From positions 166,842,001-166,906,000 of the forward strand of contig NC_042997.1 of NCBI RefSeq assembly GCF_006345805.1: DNA of 64,000 bases, in the 5' to 3' direction. Each line of letters begins with the position of its first letter. Positions within the stretch are counted from its first letter, which is position 1. The DNA is from Octopus sinensis. Its lineage: Eukaryota. The notes beneath the pieces were generated by a model, which worked only from the letters and a program-made list of their open reading frames with translations, searched no databases and was not told where the DNA came from. A program made the position numbers and the translations under genes. Below, one piece after another: positions 55,797-64,000 of this stretch.

Positions 55797-56422
55797 ATAT
55801 ATGGGGGTAAAATATGAAAAATCAACGAAAATGCATATTGTAAATAGAAAAAGGCTATTTATGACAGGTAGCGACAAATATATACATTTAGATTGACTGA
55901 GGTAGTAATACAAGTCATAAAGGTCATTATTATGAGATGATTATAAGATGATAATAAAGTAAGAGAACAAAACAAACCAATGGTTTACACGAAGCTATTC
56001 ATCATATATATACATATTTATATGTATATATGTGTGTATATAAATGTATATTCCATATTTAATCTCCTTTCTGTCAACACTCAAATGCGAGATTTCTTCC
56101 CTGAAGACGGTGACGCGTATCATCCGAGGATGAAATCAATTTACAATCATTATTTTGGACTACCAAACCCCTAGAAACAGCTGTTGGATTTGTAGTACTC
56201 TTATTAAACCCCTTTCTATTCTGTGTAAGTCGGACTTTTTCCTATGTAAACATAAATACATTTTTTGCATTTAATGTATTTAATATTCTTTGTATATCGA
56301 CCTGCTTAACTTGCTTGTACTTACATTTACTCCTCTACCTGCTCAAGTTTAAACCTCTTGAGCACTACTAAGTGTATTCTATACGGAGAATATCTGATTC
56401 TCATCTATATACATACACACAA

Positions 56423-56462
<40 letters not shown>

Positions 56463-56471
56463 ATAATATAT

Positions 56472-56850
56472 GAGGCGAAACGGCCCAGTGGTTAGGGCAG
56501 CGGACTCGCGGTCATAGGATCGCGGTTTCGATTCACAGACCGAGCGTTGTGAGTGTTTATTGAGCGAAAACACCTAAAGCTCCACGAGGCTCCGGCAGGG
56601 GATGGTGGTGATCCCTGCTGTACTCTTTCACCACACTTTCTCTCACTCTTACTTCCTGTTTCTGTTGTACCTTGTATTTCAAAGGGCCGGCTTGTCATTC
56701 TCTATGTCACGCTGAATATCCCCGAGAACTACGTTAAGGGTACAGTGTCTGTGGAGTGCTCAGCCACTTACACGGTAATTCACGAGCAGGCTGTTCCGTT
56801 GATTCGGATCAACCGGAACCCTCATCGTTGTAACCGACAGAGTGCTTCCA
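56472..56850 (+). mobile_element. SINE family C, near full length
   Basis: tRNA-like head with A/B boxes; body shared with 52998-53200 and 24997-25275. Confidence 0.88.
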
Positions 56851-56969
56851 CCACTATATAGATATATATTATATAATTCAACAATGAGGCAAAATTAATT
56901 ACTTATTAATCAATTCAACAAGTGTTCAGTATGCAAAGGTGACCATTCAAGGCGAATTCAAATTATTAC

Positions 56970-57541
56970 ATTATATAAAGGGCTTAGTAAAATAAATTAC
57001 TTTGCCGCATACTGAACTCATTAGAAATAGCAGCTAAAAAACTTTTTTAAGGCTATTTCTAATACTAAAGAAAATCTCTTGATATATAGTGTTGCATATT
57101 TAACTCACAAAAGTTTTGGGGGTAATGACATCGAAAAAATCAAATGCTAAGGTTATTCGAGAACGTACGTTTCAAGATTAGTCAAAACAAATTTCTATCA
57201 TCGGCTCGGAAATCCTTGGTTTGGATTTGGAAACAGATCTTCGAGCAGATCTTCGAGAGGGTATGTTCTTATTTTCAGTGTTTCCAAATCCAAACCAAGG
57301 AATTTCCGAGCCGTGATAGAAATGTTGTTTTGACTAATCTTGAAACGTACGTTCTCGAAAACCTTAGCATTTGAATTTTTCGATGTCATTACCCCCAAAC
57401 TTTTGTGAGTGTAAATTATGCAAGCACTATATATGAGAGAGATTTTCTTTAAGTATTAGAAATAGCCTTAAAAAAGTTTTTTAGCTGCTATTTCTAATGA
57501 GTTCAGTATGCGGCAAAGTAATTTATTTTACTAAGCCCTTT

Positions 57542-57549
<8 letters not shown>
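56970..57549. mobile_element. Large palindromic element, arms ~265 bp, 43-nt loop
   Basis: 56970-57235 pairs with 57279-57549. Mirror-image ORFs 57144+ and 57398- in the track. Confidence 0.88.
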
Positions 57550-57589
<40 letters not shown>

Positions 57590-57593
<4 letters not shown>

Positions 57594-58049
57594 TCTTTAC
57601 TCTTTTACTTGTTCAGTCATTTGACTGGCCATGCTGGAGCACCGCCTTTAATCGAGCAACTCGACCCGGGACTTATTCTTTTGTAAGCCCCGTACTTATT
57701 CTATCGGTCTTTTGCCGAACCGCTAAGTAACGGGGACATAAACACACCAGCATCGGTTGTCAAGCAATGCTAGGGGGACAAACACAGACACACACAAACC
57801 ACACACGCATATATATATTATATATATTAATAATATAATATATATATATAATATATATAATATATATATAATATTATATATATATTACGACGGGCTTCTT
57901 TCAGTTTCCGCCAACCAAATCCACTCACAAGGCTTTGGTCGGCCCGAGGCTATAGTAGAAGACACTTGCCAAGGTGCCACGCAGTGGGACTGAACCCGGA
58001 ACCATGTGGTTGGTAAAACAAGCTACTTACCAACACATCCACTCCTGCG

Positions 58050-58050
<1 letters not shown>
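57590..58050 (-). mobile_element. SINE family B, full length, in (TA)n
   Basis: Reverse of 44154-44560 with an expanded internal TA tract. Confidence 0.9.
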
Positions 58051-58087
<37 letters not shown>

Positions 58088-59499
58088 CACATACATATAT
58101 ACATAAATATATATTTATATATATATAAAGGCACACTACACACGCTAAATGATAAATGTGTGTACGTGCACGTGTGGTGTTCTTATGCTTGTGTATTGTG
58201 TATGTGTGTGTATGTGTGTGTATGAGTGCTTGCGTGTGTGTTAATATAACATTAATACTCGTACAGGCATTATCTTTTACAAGATAAGCCATCCAGCCAT
58301 CCACCCCTTTGCGCCGTATTACTGGGTGTTTTATTACAGTAGTTAACGTCGTTGCCATTCTCTGCGGTCCTGTCACAATAAACAAGGACGATATAACAGG
58401 GTGGACAGAGTGAGGTGAGTGTTTACTTTACCACAGCATTCCTCACCCACTTAGGTTGTTATCGGAGGTAAAAATCAATAACACTTTCGATGATTGACAA
58501 AATAATACAAATTCCTTCTGGGTGGTTCCATATGCATACAGAATAAAGCAGAATATGTTTATTTTCTTATTGTTATCGCTTCTGCTACTTACGTTGTTGA
58601 TGCTGCTGCTGTTGCTGCTACTGATGTAGTTGCTGCTATTGTTAATACTGTTGTTGTTGTTTTTTAATTGTTGTTGTTGTTCTGGTGCTTTCATTATTGT
58701 ACTGTGAAATGGTTTTTGCTTGTATTCATTGCTAAGGTTTTGGCTGTTATCTCTGTTGTTGTCATTGTTGTTACTGTTATTGCTGCCGTGGATTTTAGTA
58801 TTGATATTGCTGTCATTATTGTTGTAGTTCTTGCAGTAACTTTCATTACGTATGTTTTATCAATATATATATATATATAGGGAGAATTCACAAAAAAAGA
58901 TAACACAAAAGACGAAGACAGGTGGTGGTAGACAACTAACAGATGTATTAGTTTAACGCTCGGGGATTGAAAAAGTCATTAACGTTTCGAGCCTACGCTT
59001 TCCAGCTTTCCACAGAAAGGTACATAGAAAGAAACAAGAGAAAAAAAATGTGTGTAGTGGCTAGCGATCTATCATGGCGACTATATATATATTTTTTATA
59101 TGAATATATACGTTTGTGTGTGTATGTGTGCGTTAAATCTAGTAGAAGCGGCGGTACCTATGTCTTTAGAAGACCCTCCGAGACCGATATAATTAACACG
59201 ACACTCCTTAACGTTCCGCTTAAACTTTTGTAAACCAACAATCTTTGTAAACGAAAGACTGAAGAAGGGATATATTCAATGAATGGATTACGAAGAGAAA
59301 TGTTCCAGAGAGGAAGTACTGCATGTCCTTATTCCATATGGTATTTCATAAATTCTGTAGAGCTGATTAATTTCATAAAGAAGGTACAACTTTGGCAATG
59401 GTGTATTTTCTGGTGACCTTAAAACAACGATGACGCAATACAAGCATGCTCTCGAAATCACACACGAAGGCTCGGATGTAACGAACAAGGAATATACCT

Positions 59500-59710
59500 A
59501 TTTCTTTATTACCCACAAGGGGCTAAACACAGAGGGGACAAACAAGGACAGACATAGGTATTAAGTCGATTACATCGACCCCAGTGAGTAACTGGTACTT
59601 AATTTATCGACCCCGAAAGGATGAAAGGCAAAGTCGACCTCGGCGGAATTTGAACTGACAACGTAACGACAGACGAAATACCGCAAAGCATTTCGCCCGG
59701 CGTGCTAACG
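59500..59710 (-). mobile_element. SINE family A monomer
   Basis: Body plus most of the head. Confidence 0.88.
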
Positions 59711-60004
59711 CTAGCACTGCCATCACTGCTATCGCCACCACCATTGCAGAGGCACAATGACAGCCAAGAAAAACAATCTTTCTTGGTACGCGATTGTTCT
59801 TAGAAAAGTAAAAGGTGTACCGATTTACGCATATATGCACGTACACATATTCTAGAATAAACGTATTCACACGTTTACGAGCTATTCGCAACAAAATATT
59901 CGATGATCACATACATTTAAATTCCCCAGTGACATAACACTTTGGTAATAATCGTAAACATGCTGTACTCCCCATCACATATTTGTACATATATATGCAT
60001 GCAT

Positions 60005-60260
60005 ATATATATATATATATAAAACTGAGAATGTGTCTGTTTGTCTGTCTGTCTGTCAGTGTGCATCGCTAAAACTAGAGAACTACCCAACCGATTTCAT
60101 TCAAATTTTACACATACCTTCGGGTCTATGCAGTATCATGAGCCCCCAAAATTTTCAACTTGCGATCTCTTATCTCTTACACTATTTCAGTATTACGTGT
60201 CAAAAGTGAAGCAATAACATCTCTATTGTAATGTGCGATACTTCAGTTGTAATATAGATT

Positions 60261-60292
<32 letters not shown>

Positions 60293-60294
60293 TG

Positions 60295-60343
<49 letters not shown>

Positions 60344-60588
60344 GTATGTATGTATGTATATATGTATGTATATATATGTATATATATATATATATATACA
60401 TATATACGCATATCTATATGCATGCATGTATATATGCATGTATATGTGTACTTATCCCTTTGGCAAACAATGTTATAATATTGTGTTTGCAGTACTCCAG
60501 CATAGCCACAGTCCCATGAACGAAGCGAGTAAAACAATAAAAAAACTACGCAATTTTAATTCCGAGCAACGCCGGGTATCTCTGCTAG
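60005..60588 (+). mobile_element. Non-autonomous Helitron
   Basis: 5' (ta)n-taaaactgagaatgtgtctg(tctg)n; 3' ccgagcaacgccggg hairpin, then CTAG|T at 60585-60589. Confidence 0.7.
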
Positions 60589-60810
60589 TATATACGTGTA
60601 CATGTTTGTGTGTATATACATATGTATGTATATAATGCGTATATGTGTATGCATATATATATGAATATATGTATATATATATATATACACATACAATTAT
60701 AATATAATATATGTATGTGTGTGTGTGAGTGGGTAGGTGTAATTTTATATACACGAAGACATGACAATACGCCTCCGCTTGCGTTACCCCGCATCTCTCT
60801 TTCTCTCTCG

Positions 60811-60875
<65 letters not shown>

Positions 60876-60944
60876 GAGGGAGAGAGAGAGGAAAGAGAGG
60901 TGTGTGGGATATATATACGCGTATGTGTGTGTATGTATATATGC

Positions 60945-60980
<36 letters not shown>

Positions 60981-61188
60981 TGTGTGTGTGTGTGGTGTAT
61001 GTGTGTGTGTGTGTGTATGTGTTTGTGTGTGCATGTGTGTTGCATAAATTGTGTTTTGCTTACAGTAATGTAGAATGTTTTCTTAGAATGTGTTCTTAAA
61101 CAAGTCGACTGAGTGTATGATTCTCGTTCTTCACAATATGGTCGCCACTTGGAACTAGTTTTAATCAATGAAAAGATATATATATATA

Positions 61189-61230
<42 letters not shown>

Positions 61231-61239
61231 TAAGAGAGA

Positions 61240-61271
<32 letters not shown>

Positions 61272-63739
61272 AAGGGAGAGAGAGGGAGAGCCGTCAAACA
61301 GTTGATGTGAAAAATTAGTTTTATAAATCATTATTCTTTTGAATTTTGCAGTTCTTATTCCTCTCGCAAAATGTTAAAATCAATGTATTTATCATTCTTC
61401 GAAAACATAATCAGATTTAGTAATCATTAAATTTTGTAAGTTACCTTAATTTATTGAATACTACCTATATTTGTCGTTGTAGTTTTTGTTCTTTTTTATT
61501 GTTGTTGTTCTTTTTTATTGTTGTTGTTGGTTACGTTATTTTCTTTTTATCCTCAGAAAAACTTTGAACAAGCAGATTTGTAATTGAAGGCAATTCCCCT
61601 TAACAATTCGGTATCTTTTTATTTTAAGTCTTTAGGACTATATTATCTAAGGTGACTTTTTACTTATGTAAGAATAGTGTAAGACTTATGTAAGACGAGA
61701 TAGTGAAGATGCCGACGACCGCTCGGTTCAAAGTCTCCCTTGACCACAAATGGCCTGAACTCTTTACATGAACACCACCCTGTACATAACTTCATGTCCC
61801 CCTACATGGCCTTGCTTTTTGCTTTTTGAGCCCAAAAGTTAACTAACTAACTAACATAATCTGTGAATTGAAGGAAATTTGATTGATCACCATTTCTAGC
61901 AGGGCCAGCGAACACGTAAGGGCTTCTTCTTTGGTTTGCTTTACATACTACTTTTTTCTCTGTGTATACCACATGTGTCTTTCTCTAAGCAACACAAAGA
62001 AAATATAACACTCAAGGAGATTATTATTTTACCGTTTTTCATTGCAGCAGACAATTTCTTTGTTTTAATGAACAAGAAATAAACAATAGGATTCTAAAAA
62101 TATCTTTTGATTCGAATAATTATATTTGCATTAAATATTTAATTTTTTTTTAAAATATGTAGTTTCGACATTTTAATATAATGTCGAGGAGCAAACAAAA
62201 CAAAAGAGCTCTACCTTGTCTGCTCTCTGCTATTTAACCTCTACAGCACAAGAGATCTTGCAGGCTTTAATAGAAAGGCAAAAGTTGTGTTGAGAGTTCG
62301 AAAGCTCTTATATTATTGACGTGCTTGTTTTGAAGACAGAATGAAAGATAATTTTCCGATAGTAACGGAAAGAAAATGTAGATACAGTATAATACCAAAT
62401 GACTCTAAAAATTATCGCCTATTGTTATTCAATAAGTTTACTCTGCGACCAACGAAGGAGCCGTGAGTTAACGAGGAAACCTAAATGAGGTCCCTAACAT
62501 TATAGAAATAGTAGCCAATCTGCCACAATTAATATTGTGTGAACCATAAGGAGATATACACTGATCAATGTAAATTCTGATGATCAAAAAGACGGGATGC
62601 TGATGGCTGAAACGCACATCTGCACTGAATGATGCACCACAATCAGTTGTTCAGAATCTCACTCGCAAGGGACAGATAAACGATGGGTCGAAACGATCGT
62701 AGTGATTGATAAAGAATCTCGTGAATTCCATTTTCTCTTTCTCTCATACGTTATATACTGGACGGACACGAAGGAATATCTGAAGTAAATCCAGTGGAAC
62801 TTATATCCATATTGTAGATATGTATATACGTGCACACGCACACATATGCGTACAAGCAGTTTCCTCGTTGGCCTTTTTACAAGGGTTGTACTTCACTCGA
62901 CGTCTAGGGTTAGGTTTAGGAAGACGGTCTTTAAGTTGGTAGTAACAGTTATAACTAGGCATAGTTTTCGGAAAATATTCTCAAGATTTACAAGATATAC
63001 AGAACAAACAGGTTAATTACAGATGCCAGAGGGAAAGGGCCATCAAGTTAAACTCTAAGGTAGCAGAAGTTGTCTCGATGTATCTGTGAATGAAGAAAGG
63101 AGATTTACGCATTCTAAAGTGTCCTTTGCATATATTCCATAAGATTTATGTAAGTTTTCGCATAAATTTCACAATAATTCGAATAACTAACTCTATAAAA
63201 TCATTTATCATTGTTATGATCATCACTTTTAAAATCTTAAACCCACCTCTACCTCACCCTTCTTCTCTACAAACCTTCTGTGGAAACAAAAGAAATATTC
63301 TGTTGTTTCTCAAATTCCTGTAATATTCTGTTGTGACATTTTCCCATGGCTGAGTCGCAATACTTCTCTTTCATTCTCCCCTCTTGTCTTTTTTTCTGTC
63401 TCTTTGGTCATACGTTTCTTTCTGCTTTTCTTCAAGATTCTCTCTCTCTCTTACTCACTCTTATTGTGTTTCTTTTCTTCACTTCCCCCTTCCTTTAATT
63501 TTTCTTTTTGTTTCTATTTTCCTACTATTATTTTTATTTTATTCTTCTCTCCGTCTGTCTTCTTCTTTACTTCCATCTATCGTTGTTTGTTTTCAACTCT
63601 CCAATTGATTTCTTTAATTCTTTCTTCGTTTCTTGCGTTCTCTATGTTTCAAACCTTCCTTCTCTTTCTCACTCTTTTAAAAATCTTAGTTTTTCTTTGT
63701 TTCTCTGCCTCTTTCTTCTCCCTCTCTTCTTTTGCCCCT

Positions 63740-63830
63740 TCCTTCCTTCCTTCCTTCCTTCCTTCCTTCCTTCCTTCCTTCCTTCCTTCCTTCCTTCCTT
63801 CCTTCCTTCCTTCCTTCCTTCCTTCCTTCC
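63740..63830. repeat. (CTTC)n microsatellite
   Basis: Directly visible. Confidence 0.97.
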
Positions 63831-64000
63831 CTTTTTTGTTTGTGTGTCTTCTTTCTTTCTTCTTAATTGCTTCTATTTCTGTTTCTTCCAAGCCATTAGA
63901 AAAATCCGTACTATAGTGTCGTAAAAAGCTACGGACAGACTCATACATCACTGTAACACAAAACCGTACACTATGAAGTTTTCAACCTGCTAGAAATAGC

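Noticed and set aside
62905-62920. tagggttaggtttagg telomere-like motif
   Set aside because: Only about two imperfect units.

Overview
AT-rich, microsatellite-saturated eukaryotic DNA. The repeat landscape (tRNA-headed SINEs, Tx1/CR1/RTE/R4-type LINE fragments, vast (TA)n/(CATA)n/(TAA)n tracts) looks like an octopus (cephalopod) genome; this is pattern recognition, not a database result. The only host gene I can support is a minus-strand globin with three coding exons (27587-27457, 18723-18498, 16771-16637; 163 aa) and the ancestral B12.2 and G7.0 intron positions. An upstream ATG lies one nucleotide out of frame with a 24-codon amphipathic open stretch, so the real protein may have a 33-aa N-terminal extension. 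The rest is mobile DNA: a SINE that occurs as head + 1, 2 or 4 bodies, each insertion bounded by target-site duplications where these could be read; long asymmetric palindromes with Penelope-like links; decayed minimal hammerhead-ribozyme motifs; RLE-type LINE ends sitting in microsatellites; hAT MITEs with 8-bp TSDs; Helitron pieces; and local duplications. Most ORFs in the supplied track are microsatellite translations. No prokaryotic-type system (CRISPR, operon) is present. All alignments were done by eye, so repeat boundaries are approximate unless a TSD or splice site fixes them.
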